From: Planctomycetota bacterium
GTDB taxonomy: Bacteria > Planctomycetota > Planctomycetia > Isosphaerales > Isosphaeraceae
Direction of reading: 5' to 3'
NCBI GenBank assembly: GCA_021808995.1
Contig: JAKBAP010000001.1
Coordinates: 1-46,260 of the forward strand
DNA length: 46,260 nucleotides
In this document: piece after piece, positions 9,082 through 17,534 of the stretch
How positions within the stretch are numbered: the stretch's first letter is position 1
Layout of the letters: every line of letters begins with the position of its first letter
Notes under the pieces: generated by a model
Told to the model about the DNA's origin: nothing
Databases searched by the model: none
Seen by the model: the letters and a program-made list of their open reading frames with translations, nothing else
Made by a program: the position numbers and the translations under genes

Positions 9082-9669
9082 ATGGGGAGGGAGTCGCGTG
9101 GTCAAGAAATGGACGACGATCGTCGTGATTCTAGGCCTGACTTACGTCGTGCCCATGCCCTGGCCGGGGGCGATAAGCCCGATCGGGATGGATTCATCAC
9201 CCAGGTCGGCACATACCGGCTCTATCACGGGAAGTTCACGTTGAGGTTCTTCGAGAACAAGGGGAAGCTCAACTACGAGGAAGTTGGCACGATCCGGAAG
9301 TTTTGGCTCCCCTTCATCAAGTATGAGGAGGCTTGGTCCGGCGGGCCCGCGGATCCTTGGATCGAAAAAGGTCCAAACTGGTTCGCCTTCGCGGAGTCTC
9401 CCAAGGAGCGGTCGCCCCAGGCCGTTTGGATCTATAGCGGGCGCGACAAACTCCAATACTTGAAGTGGGATCCAGCGCCTCAGGGAAACGATTTGGAGCC
9501 TGGAACCCTCCTGTGCACGCAGTACGAGTTTGACCCCGATACGTTCCCCTCGATCGTGAATAACGTCCCGAGGGCGGTTCTGGATCGGCTGCCGCCCTCG
9601 TTCAAGAAAAAGTGCGAGGTCAGGCCGCGGCTCGCCGCGAGCGTTCCCTCCAGGCCCGTTGCCCGATAG
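9082..9669 (+). CDS. hypothetical protein, apparently frameshifted near its 5' end (signal-anchor encoded in another frame from GTG 9098)
   Basis: The 195-aa ORF has a junk-like Arg/Asp N-terminus. A well-placed SD (GGGAGGGAG) precedes GTG 9098, which opens a different frame reading VKKWTTIVVILGLTYVVPMPWPG (TM/signal anchor) and ending at 9244. The frames join cleanly at the G5 run 9166-9170 (one extra G gives ...PWPGGDKPDRDGFITQVGTYRLYHGKF...). Coding-like GC3, lower than neighbours. Confidence 0.6.
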   Translation: MGRESRGQEMDDDRRDSRPDLRRAHALAGGDKPDRDGFITQVGTYRLYHGKFTLRFFENKGKLNYEEVGTIRKFWLPFIKYEEAWSGGPADPWIEKGPNWFAFAESPKERSPQAVWIYSGRDKLQYLKWDPAPQGNDLEPGTLLCTQYEFDPDTFPSIVNNVPRAVLDRLPPSFKKKCEVRPRLAASVPSRPVAR

Positions 9670-9738
9670 AATGCGCTGAGGAGATCCACCATGCCCACGA
9701 TTACACGCTGACCGAGGACGGAGTCAACGGGACCTGAC

Positions 9739-9879
9739 ATGACGCAAAAGCGCCTGAAAATGGCTCTGCTCAAGCCGCGGTTCTCGACTCGAACGCTGAT
9801 GGTTTTCGTGGGGCTGGTCGCGATCGTGCTGCATGGCGTCGAGACCTCCCGGCGCTGGGACGCTCCATTGACAGGGTAG
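9739..9879 (+). CDS. small membrane-anchor ORF (46 aa), probably the 5' fragment of a disrupted gene
   Basis: MTQKRLKMALLKPRFSTRTLMVFVGLVAIVLHGVETSRRWDAPLTG, then TAG at 9877-9879. It is in the same frame as the downstream ORF 9883..10686 and as an SD-preceded ATG at 9691. Confidence 0.35.
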   Translation: MTQKRLKMALLKPRFSTRTLMVFVGLVAIVLHGVETSRRWDAPLTG

Positions 9880-9882
9880 CCT

Positions 9883-10686
9883 GTGGGTGGTGGGATAGGA
9901 GGGGCGGGTTATTTTTTCAGGCACGACGAACTCGGTTTTGGGTTCGGTTACATAGTCCCGGCCCAGTACGCGCATTCGGTCGAGGGCATGATCACGCGAG
10001 TGATTCGTCATCGGTGCGCCACGCCTGCGCAGTCCTTGTCCCCGGCGCTGGCGGGCGTCTTGTTCGCGGTGCTGGTCCTGAGCTTTCCCTTCGTTCGACG
10101 TTCGCTCGAGACGCGTTACGAAACGGAGTGCCGGCAGGCCTGGATGCGCCGATGTCGGATCGCCCTTTCGATCTTGCTCGTCGCCTCCGCGCTGATCGGG
10201 CTGAATCTCACGGCGGAGCTCGCTCGCCCACCGTCGCCTGCCTCTGAGATCAAGTTCGGCGGTCCTTTCTGCCAGGACTGCGGACCCTCGGTCGGCGATT
10301 ACTTCGGCATCCGGCCGACCGTGCTCAACATTCGTGTGGATGGTCGCGTCGCGATGCGGAGACAATGGGATGGATCGGACGTCCTGAGCCATTCCACCAG
10401 CCGATTTCAGGTGGCCGACTTCTACAACGGCGAAAAAGCCGTCGACGAGGTCACGATCGACCACGGACTCGACGATTCGATCGTGACCTACGGCGGAACA
10501 TACGAACACATGCTCTCAAAGCCACGAGTGGTCCGGCCGGCGACGCGGTCTCGGTTCGACATCTGGTGGGCTCCGGTAGCGAGTGCACTGATCACCATGT
10601 TCGTCGTCGTCGATCTCGGACTTCGTATCCCGGCTTGGAGGAACACCCAGGGACGGGTCTCCACGCTCACCGCCGCGAGCACATGA
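9883..10686 (+). CDS. hypothetical multi-TM protein (GTG start directly after an in-frame TAG)
   Basis: 267-aa ORF with hydrophobic segments (LAGVLFAVLVLSFPFV, IALSILLVASALIGLNL, WWAPVASALITMFVVVDLGL). The opposite-strand ORF 9724..10509 is Arg-rich junk. Confidence 0.55.
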   Translation: MGGGIGGAGYFFRHDELGFGFGYIVPAQYAHSVEGMITRVIRHRCATPAQSLSPALAGVLFAVLVLSFPFVRRSLETRYETECRQAWMRRCRIALSILLVASALIGLNLTAELARPPSPASEIKFGGPFCQDCGPSVGDYFGIRPTVLNIRVDGRVAMRRQWDGSDVLSHSTSRFQVADFYNGEKAVDEVTIDHGLDDSIVTYGGTYEHMLSKPRVVRPATRSRFDIWWAPVASALITMFVVVDLGLRIPAWRNTQGRVSTLTAAST

Positions 10687-10691
10687 CCAGT

Positions 10692-13205
10692 TCACTCGGC
10701 TTGTGAAGGAGCTTCGGCGCTTGGGCGTCGGGCAGCGACCATTGGCCCTGCCAGCGACTTCCCCGTCGCCGTACCCGCCGCGGCGAGCTGCTCTGGCGTC
10801 CCTTCACACACCAGCCGGCCCCCCTCGGCACCCGCGCCTGGGCCCAGTTCGATGATCCAGTCGGCCTCGTGCAAGAGTGCGGGATCGTGGGTGATCGCAA
10901 AAAGCGAATGGCCACGGTCGACCAGCGCGTGGAGAGCCTCGAACACCTTGACTTTGTCGTGAGGATGAAGGCCGAGCGTGGGCTCGTCCAGGATCACGAC
11001 GGCCTGGGTGGTCTGGGCGCGGGCGAGCAGGGTCAGCGAGCGCGCGAGTACGCTCGAGAGCCTGAGCCGCTCAAGCTCACCCGATGAGAGCGTGGCCAAG
11101 GGCTGCCCGAGCCTGAGATAGTCGAGCCCAAGGTCCAGAAGCCCGCGCAGCCGCGATTGGACGCGGGGCCGGTTGCGAAAAAAGCCAAAGGCCTCGCGGA
11201 GCGTCATGTCGAGCACCTGGGCGATGTCTCGGCCGCGGTATTTGATCTCGAGGATCTCGCGGCGGTAGCGCGCTCCGTGGCATTCGGGGCAGGGGACGAC
11301 GACGTCGGGCAGGAACCGCATGTCGACCGTTTGCGTTCCCTCGCCCTGACAGACCCCACAGCGCCCGCCGTCGATATTAAAGCTGAACCGGCCCGCGTCG
11401 TATTTGCGTAGGCGTGCTTCGTGGGTGGCGGCGAAGGCCTGGCGGATCTCGTCAAACGCCTTGACGTGGGTGGCGGGGTTCGAGCGCCCGAGCCTCGTCA
11501 GCGGTCGATGCCCCAGGAAGATCGCGCGATCGATGCCGCTGGGGACGATAAGCTCGTCATGAGGCAGGGGATCGGAGGGTCGGCCAAGCTTTCGGACCAG
11601 TGCGGGATAGAGCGTGTGCTCGACCAGGGCGCTTTTGCCCGACCCATTGACGCCGGCGATCGCGCACAAGACTCCAAGCGGAAACGCGACATCAAGCGAC
11701 CGAAGCCCGCGACCCCGAGCACCACGCAAGCGCAGGTCGTTCCCGGTCGGCTTCCGCCGGCTTCGGGGAGCGAAGGGCGATTGATCCAGAAGCGCGGCCC
11801 GGGTCGGCGACTCGGCGACCGCCGCCAGACCCGCGACCGGGCCGGAGTAGAGCACTCGCCCTCCCTGATCGCCCGCGCCGGGGCCCAGGTCGACAAGATG
11901 GTCGGCGGCCTCGATCACCTGGCGCTCATGCTCGACCACGAGGACCGTGTTTCCCCGGTCGCGAAGGCTCCGGAGCGACTCCACGACAGCCCCGATCCGG
12001 GCGGGGTGCAGCCCGGCCGTCGGCTCATCGAGCACATAGAGCGCTCCCACGGGTCCCGAGGTCAGCAAGCGCGCTAGGCGGGCGCGTTTGAGCTCGGAGC
12101 GTGTCAGGCTGGCGGAGGGGCGATCGAGCGCGACCTCGCCCAGGCCCAGCTCGATCAGGAAACGCAGCCCATGCTCGATCTGGCGAGGGAGCTCGGTCGA
12201 TTCCGCCCCCGCCCAGAGGGCGGCTTCGCGGACGCTCAGGGCCGACGCGGTGGCAATGTCGTGGCCGCCGAGCTTGACCTCGAGCGCCTCCGGGCGTAGC
12301 CTCGTTCCCTGGCAGGCGGGGCAGACCTGGTCCCGCGACCGGCCCAGGCCCTCGCAGGCTCGGCACGCGCCCAGGGCGCTTGAATAGCGAAAGAGAGCCG
12401 GCGAGGGGGGCAGATGGTCGAGCCCGCGGCATCCACATCGCCAGCCCCGGGTGAAGGTCTGGTCGTGCCCTTCGCTCAGGATCTTGCATCGTCCATGGCC
12501 ATGGGTAAACGCGGTCTCGATCGAGTCCGTTCGGCGCGGGGCTGGGTCGCGGCCTCGCGTGAGACGGTCAACGACCACATCGAGGACACCCGGCGTGGCG
12601 ACGGCGAAATCGGGCTCGTCGAGCCGGATCAAGCGGCCCTGGGATCGGGCGCGGGCGAACCCCTTCGCGACCAGGTCGCGCGCGATCGCCTGGGGATCGC
12701 TGTCGGCGAGCAGATCGACCGGAAAGGCGATTTCGTAGGAAGCCTCGGCCGGGATCGCCTCGAGCGCGCGCGCGAACGCGGTCGGCGAGGCGGGCTCGAC
12801 CACCCGACCACAACCACGGCAGACGACCGACCCCTCACGCGCGAACCAGAGCGCGAGCAAGCCATGAATCTGGGCAATGGTCGACAGCGTGCTCCGCGGC
12901 GACCCGCCCCGCGAGGACGCGGCCAGGCCGATCGCCGGGGGGACGCCGTCGATCAGGTCGGAGGGGGGCTTTTCCAGGCGATCGAGGAACTGGCGAGCAA
13001 ACGGTGAAAACGTCTCGATATATCGTCTTTGACCCTCGGCGCGGAGGGTGTCGAGGGCGAGCGAGGTCTTGCCCGCGCCGCTGACGCCGGTGATCACGAT
13101 CAAGCGCGACAGCGGGAGGTCGAGGTCGATCGCCCTGAGATTATGGACCGACGCTCCACGCAGCCTGATGACGCGTTCCGAGACCGGGGCGGAGGGTCGG
13201 GCCAT
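10692..13205 (-). CDS. uvrA: UvrA-family ABC ATPase (short, paralog-like)
   Basis: 837 aa. Two Walker A motifs (GVSGAGKTSL, GVNGSGKSAL). Zn modules (CRACEGLG..CPACQG; CGVCQGEG..CPECHGARY). Two Walker B motifs (LDEPTAGLH, LDEPTLGLH). ABC signatures deviate from LSGGE (LTRSE and LSSGE). Confidence 0.9.
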   Translation of the reverse strand: MARPSAPVSERVIRLRGASVHNLRAIDLDLPLSRLIVITGVSGAGKTSLALDTLRAEGQRRYIETFSPFARQFLDRLEKPPSDLIDGVPPAIGLAASSRGGSPRSTLSTIAQIHGLLALWFAREGSVVCRGCGRVVEPASPTAFARALEAIPAEASYEIAFPVDLLADSDPQAIARDLVAKGFARARSQGRLIRLDEPDFAVATPGVLDVVVDRLTRGRDPAPRRTDSIETAFTHGHGRCKILSEGHDQTFTRGWRCGCRGLDHLPPSPALFRYSSALGACRACEGLGRSRDQVCPACQGTRLRPEALEVKLGGHDIATASALSVREAALWAGAESTELPRQIEHGLRFLIELGLGEVALDRPSASLTRSELKRARLARLLTSGPVGALYVLDEPTAGLHPARIGAVVESLRSLRDRGNTVLVVEHERQVIEAADHLVDLGPGAGDQGGRVLYSGPVAGLAAVAESPTRAALLDQSPFAPRSRRKPTGNDLRLRGARGRGLRSLDVAFPLGVLCAIAGVNGSGKSALVEHTLYPALVRKLGRPSDPLPHDELIVPSGIDRAIFLGHRPLTRLGRSNPATHVKAFDEIRQAFAATHEARLRKYDAGRFSFNIDGGRCGVCQGEGTQTVDMRFLPDVVVPCPECHGARYRREILEIKYRGRDIAQVLDMTLREAFGFFRNRPRVQSRLRGLLDLGLDYLRLGQPLATLSSGELERLRLSSVLARSLTLLARAQTTQAVVILDEPTLGLHPHDKVKVFEALHALVDRGHSLFAITHDPALLHEADWIIELGPGAGAEGGRLVCEGTPEQLAAAGTATGKSLAGPMVAARRPSAEAPSQAE

Positions 13206-13310
13206 GATCGCCTCTGGCGGGGCGAACCCGCCCGTGGGCCTAGTGGAAACGCGACGAGCCCGGATGGCCCGGGCTCGTCACGCGAGAGTCAAACGACCTG
13301 GCCCGCCGGT

Positions 13311-15131
13311 TCAGGGGTTGGCGCGCCTGAGGGTGAAACCGGTCATCATGAAGCCGTCGTCGTCCATCGCGCTATAGCTGCCGCTGAGCGACAGATACTT
13401 GGCGAAGACGGAGAAATCGGGGAGCTTCTCGACAGGGATGAGCTTATCGAGGCCGGGGATCGGGGCTCCGCCGCGAACGACGGTCGCCTGCTCGAGGGCC
13501 TTCACGAACTGCCCCCCCTTGACCATGTCGTAGGAGATCCGAGCCTGCTCGTCGGGCTTGACAAAGGTCATCCCGCTGGCCTTTTCCGGGAGTTCCTTGG
13601 CGACCTTCTGAAATGCCTCGCTCTCGGCAAGGGGGGTGTTGCCCGATCGCAAGACCTGTTCGAGCAGGGTCGAATCGGTCGTCACCATGAGGGCGTCCTT
13701 GGCGATGGCGATGCTAATCGGCCCCTTGAATTGCATCTGCGCGCCCGCCCCATTGTTGGGCATTTCAGGAATGGCGAAATCGTAAATCGTGGTTCCCTGG
13801 AAATCCCGTTTCTCAGGGGCGGCCCCGGTCATCTCGATGACGCGGGAGAGGGTGTTCTGAAACGCCTTTGGGTCCTCGAGCGCGATCGCCAACAGGGCTC
13901 GTTGGCTATCTTCCTTGACCGGCTTCTTGAAGTCGCTGATCAGGGTGACGCGATCACCCAGGGGTCCGAAGAAATCTTGCTTGAGCGAGAGTGGCTGGCC
14001 ACCGTTGGGGCCGACGAGTTGCTGCTCGATGATGTTGAGCATGCCAGGCTGGAACTTGTTGACCAGGTCATTGACGGCCTCGTAGAGGTTATCGAGGTCG
14101 AGGCTCAGGGTTTGATAGCTGGCGACGGTGGCGGGCACCCACGCCTCGGGCTTCAAGGTGATCGCGGGGAGCGAGAACATCTTGAGCACGCCGCTGACCG
14201 GCTTGGGGGCGAGGACGAAGGTCTTGCTCAGGCTGTCGAATCCGCCACCGGCGAAGGTAAAGCAACCGCCGATGGACTTGAGCCCGTCGGCTCCGAGCTC
14301 GGTGACGAGCACCTGGTTTTGCTGGGCATCGGCGTCGACCCCCTTGGCGTTGGCCTTGATGCCGAGGGCGACGAGCTTGGCGACGTCGAGAAACCAGATC
14401 GCCTGGGAGTTCGCGGATTCGGTCTTGGCCTGGGTCTTGACGAAGGGGGCCGAGGTCGCGAGCGAGGTGTCGCGGCCATCTCGGTGGGCGGCCACGTCCT
14501 TGACGAGCTCGAGATCGCTACCGATCAGGAACAGGCTCCCGGCGTTGGTCCAGATGATCGGCGGAGCGGGGGGGGTGTTGTCGTCGTCCTTTTTCGCTTC
14601 CTTTGGCTCCGGGGCCTTCAGGATGTGGATCGTGAGGCCGCTAAAGCTCTCGGTCGTGGCCCTGAAGCCAGAGGATTCGCCCTGCTTGGCGGCACGGGTG
14701 AGCAGATCGAGCATCTTTTTTTCGTTCTCGCCCGCGTCGGCGATCAGGATGCCCGCGATCGGGAGTTTGGGGTCGTCGCGGCTGACGGCGGCCAGGGCGA
14801 GCGGGCCTTGAGGGAGCTCGATGAGCTCGGTCACGCTCAGGCCGACGGCCCCCTTGAGGGGCTTGGCCACCTCCTCGAGCCGCTTCATGAGCTCCTCGCG
14901 AAAATCCTTGAGGGCGGGGTCGTTGTAGAGCTGCCCGTACTGGCTGGCATCAAACGCCTTGCGAAACGCCTTGGCGTCGACCATCTTCGCGAAAAAGATC
15001 GTCGACTCGGGAAGCATTCGTTCCGGAGGCGCCGCGGCGGTCGCGCGGGTGGGCAATCCGGTCAACCCCAAGAGTCCAAGCCAACCGAGCATCGCCAGCC
15101 GACCCATCGTCCGCTTCGCCATTCGCATCAC
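13311..15131 (-). CDS. secreted hypothetical protein (606 aa)
   Basis: Signal peptide MMRMAKRTMGRLAMLGWLGLLGLTGLPTRATAAA. Balanced composition with Lys/Phe/Asn and high GC3, unlike the 761-aa antisense ORF. AGGGAG SD upstream. Confidence 0.8.
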   Translation of the reverse strand: MMRMAKRTMGRLAMLGWLGLLGLTGLPTRATAAAPPERMLPESTIFFAKMVDAKAFRKAFDASQYGQLYNDPALKDFREELMKRLEEVAKPLKGAVGLSVTELIELPQGPLALAAVSRDDPKLPIAGILIADAGENEKKMLDLLTRAAKQGESSGFRATTESFSGLTIHILKAPEPKEAKKDDDNTPPAPPIIWTNAGSLFLIGSDLELVKDVAAHRDGRDTSLATSAPFVKTQAKTESANSQAIWFLDVAKLVALGIKANAKGVDADAQQNQVLVTELGADGLKSIGGCFTFAGGGFDSLSKTFVLAPKPVSGVLKMFSLPAITLKPEAWVPATVASYQTLSLDLDNLYEAVNDLVNKFQPGMLNIIEQQLVGPNGGQPLSLKQDFFGPLGDRVTLISDFKKPVKEDSQRALLAIALEDPKAFQNTLSRVIEMTGAAPEKRDFQGTTIYDFAIPEMPNNGAGAQMQFKGPISIAIAKDALMVTTDSTLLEQVLRSGNTPLAESEAFQKVAKELPEKASGMTFVKPDEQARISYDMVKGGQFVKALEQATVVRGGAPIPGLDKLIPVEKLPDFSVFAKYLSLSGSYSAMDDDGFMMTGFTLRRANP

Positions 15132-15310
15132 GACTCACTCCCTTTCGCTAAAGACCTTGATCCTCGACCGATCGGCCGGGGAAATCGACCAAGACCGGCG
15201 CTCATCTCGCCGGCACCTCTCTGTTTCAGTCCACTTTCCACGCGAGTTACGACCGTCAGGACGAACCGTGCCGGAACGCGACCCGGTCCACCATGTCCAC
15301 GAACGCCTTC

Positions 15311-16366
15311 CTAGCGGGTCGTCTCCTTGCTTTTGACGGTCGAGGAGGGATGAAGCTCGGCCGGAGTGGTTCCTTTCTTGGCACCAGGACCCTCCGTGAG
15401 CCCGACGGGACGCCCCATGATCCGCCGCCGGGGGGGCTCCAGATAACGGTAGCCGCTGTTCGGATTCGATTTGTCAAACGCGAACGCCTCGCGATGCTCG
15501 ATGAACTCCTTGACATACGCGACCGGAATCGCGAAGCCCAGGTTGTCGGCCATCGCCGCGTCGGCGCCTCGGCTGGTGACGCCAATGACCTCGCCACGCT
15601 GGTTAAAGAGCGGGCCACCCGAATTCCCAGGGTTGATCGCCGTGTCGGTCTGGAGATAGAGCTGCCCCTCGATGCTGCGGCTGCGGTTGCTGACGATCCC
15701 CTGCGAGACCGAGCGCTCGAGCCCAAAGGGATTCCCCACCGCGAACACCCCGTCGCCGGCGCTGACGTCGTCATCCTTACCTAGCACGACATGGCTCGGT
15801 TTCACGTCCGGAGGCAAGGGGAGCTTGATCAAGGCGAGGTCAAAAAACGCATTGATCGCGACGATCTCGACGTCATCGATCCGCCGCCGCGAAAAACCCG
15901 ACGTGGCGTTCAAATACAAAATGGCCGAAACCCGGGTCTCTCCCTGGATCACGTGGGCGTTGGTCACGGCATAGCCCTCGCGATTGATAATGAACCCCGA
16001 CCCCTTGCCCGATGGGGTCTCGATCGAAATCACCGCCTCGCCAAAACGACGGACCAAGTCGTTGACGCCCGTCGGTTTCAGGTTCCCGGTCGAATAGAAT
16101 CGCGAGGATTCAATCTCGGGAGCGCGGCTCGAGGGGGCCCCGGTCGCCGTGTCTAGCCCCTTGACCCGTTTCTTGATTTGGTCCTTGGGAATCCGCAAGA
16201 GGTCGTATCCCAGGTCGACGTAGACGGCGGTGGCCCGATCAGCCACGACCTCGCCCACGACCTTTTGACCGTCCCTCAGCGTGATGGTCTCGGAATCGGC
16301 GCGCGCCCGGGGCGCGATCGGACCCAGTACCATGATCATCATGACCAGCCATCGCCGTCGAGCCAA
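15311..16366 (-). CDS. S1C (HtrA/DegP-like) trypsin-fold serine protease without PDZ domain
   Basis: Signal peptide MARRRWLVMMIMVLGPIAPRARA (TTG start after GGAGAGGAG). Catalytic triad contexts TNAHVI, DLALIK, GNSGGPLF. The C-terminal tail is short and low-complexity, with no PDZ-like region. Confidence 0.9.
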   Translation of the reverse strand: MARRRWLVMMIMVLGPIAPRARADSETITLRDGQKVVGEVVADRATAVYVDLGYDLLRIPKDQIKKRVKGLDTATGAPSSRAPEIESSRFYSTGNLKPTGVNDLVRRFGEAVISIETPSGKGSGFIINREGYAVTNAHVIQGETRVSAILYLNATSGFSRRRIDDVEIVAINAFFDLALIKLPLPPDVKPSHVVLGKDDDVSAGDGVFAVGNPFGLERSVSQGIVSNRSRSIEGQLYLQTDTAINPGNSGGPLFNQRGEVIGVTSRGADAAMADNLGFAIPVAYVKEFIEHREAFAFDKSNPNSGYRYLEPPRRRIMGRPVGLTEGPGAKKGTTPAELHPSSTVKSKETTR

Positions 16367-16500
16367 TCGCGGTCTCCTCTCCTCGAGTCGGGTCCTGAAA
16401 AAAAACGCGCCGTCGCTTCAAGCCCTATTCTAATAATCGCTTCGATCCTTTCAACCCTGCCTGGCACCGAACTTCCTCACGTTTCCGGAGAGAAGGCCAT

Positions 16501-16529
16501 TTGTGTATCTTAACTGTTTTTGCTAAATT
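16501..16529 (+). promoter_or_regulatory. candidate promoter inside an AT-rich block (16501-16547)
   Basis: TTGTGT (16501-16506), 17-nt spacer, TAAATT (16524-16529), within ttgtgtatcttaactgtttttgctaaatttccatttgtctcaaatcc. This is a conspicuously AT-rich stretch between divergent genes. Confidence 0.3.
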
Positions 16530-16691
16530 TCCATTTGTCTCAAATCCACTTGACGAGATTCGCGGATTCGGGCTTGTAGCGGTCCAGACGATCGCGCGCC
16601 TCGTTTTAGCGATTGGGACCGGCGTGAACGAGCATGCCGACCGGCCGCGAATTCCATTCGGGTGTGCCCTTTGCTGGGAGACGTTCTCGTG

Positions 16692-17513
16692 ATGACCTTA
16701 TCTTGGCGTGCAAGCGCCCTCCAGGCGAGCCTGGTGTCGCGGATCGTGTTGCCGGCGGCGATGATGATGGGCCTGGCCGCCCCGGGGGGCCGCGCCCAGG
16801 ATGAAAAGCCCGCGCCCGGGCGATCTCCCCAGGCACCCGCGGCCGGGGATTTGATTAAGCCCCCCGCGATTCCTGAAGTCAAGTTGGTTCCCAATCTGAA
16901 TACGATCCCCGTCCCCCATGATCGGACGGCGTTTAACGTCCAGATGGTCAACACGGCCCTTTTGCCGCGTGACAAGGAAGGGATCTGGGTCCTGGATTTC
17001 GCGTTCAAGCCGCTCCGGATGAAGACGGTCGAGATCCCTGGCAAGGGGCGTCGGCAGCTTCATTACCTGTATTACCGGGTTGTGAATCGCACGTCCAAGC
17101 CGCGGATGTTCGTGCCGCAGTTCATCATGGTGAACGAGACAGGCCGAAAGATCGAGGATCAGGTCGTGGCCGAGGCGGTCCCGGTCATCCAGGCGCGTGA
17201 GGACGCGACGATCCCCCTCCTGGGCGCTGTCAACATCATGGGGATGCTGCCGGCGAGCGAAAAACCGGACGTCGACGACGCGGTCTACGGCGTGGCCGTC
17301 TGGGACCGATGGGATCCCAAGGCCGATCGCTTTAGCATCTATGTTCGTGGGCTTTCCGATGGTTACAAGGAAGTCCCCTCGCCGAGCGGTGGCAAGCCGG
17401 TCGTCAAATACAAAACGCTCCGGATCGACTTCATTCGTCGGGGCGACGAGCGGCAACTGAGCGAGAAGGAAATCGAGTTCGGCGACCCAGCCTACGAGTG
17501 GGTCTACTGGTGA
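16692..17513 (+). CDS. secreted hypothetical protein
   Basis: ORF from GTG 16662. ATG 16692 follows GGGAGA. N-terminus MTLSWRASALQASLVSRIVLPAAMMMGLAAPGGRAQD (signal peptide), then a Pro-rich linker and a globular domain. No family recognised. Confidence 0.8.
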   Translation: MTLSWRASALQASLVSRIVLPAAMMMGLAAPGGRAQDEKPAPGRSPQAPAAGDLIKPPAIPEVKLVPNLNTIPVPHDRTAFNVQMVNTALLPRDKEGIWVLDFAFKPLRMKTVEIPGKGRRQLHYLYYRVVNRTSKPRMFVPQFIMVNETGRKIEDQVVAEAVPVIQAREDATIPLLGAVNIMGMLPASEKPDVDDAVYGVAVWDRWDPKADRFSIYVRGLSDGYKEVPSPSGGKPVVKYKTLRIDFIRRGDERQLSEKEIEFGDPAYEWVYW

Positions 17514-17534
17514 GCCGGGGTTTTCAGGGCTCGG

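Noticed and set aside
7631-9244. 537-aa plus-strand ORF
   Set aside because: It is mostly antisense to rtcB, whose motifs are unambiguous. Only its last 48 codons, from GTG 9098, look meaningful, and I treat those as the signal-anchor of the frameshifted 9098/9082 gene.
9724-10509. 261-aa minus-strand ORF in the lower-GC patch
   Set aside because: It is extremely Arg/Asp/His-rich with no hydrophobic core. The plus-strand frame encodes clear TM segments.
7267-10690. Genomic island integrated at tRNA-Ser
   Set aside because: There is no integrase, excisionase or mobility gene, and by eye I found no direct repeat of the tRNA 3' end. rtcB next to the tRNA has native-looking codon usage. Only the 9.1-10.7 kb patch looks foreign or decayed, and it is reported separately.
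13029-15314. 761-aa plus-strand ORF, one of the longest in the track
   Set aside because: It is antisense to the 606-aa signal-peptide gene. Its composition is dominated by G/E/D/R/L, with no recognisable motifs. The minus-strand frame has the signal peptide, an SD and the high GC3 typical of real genes here. This is a classic high-GC shadow ORF.
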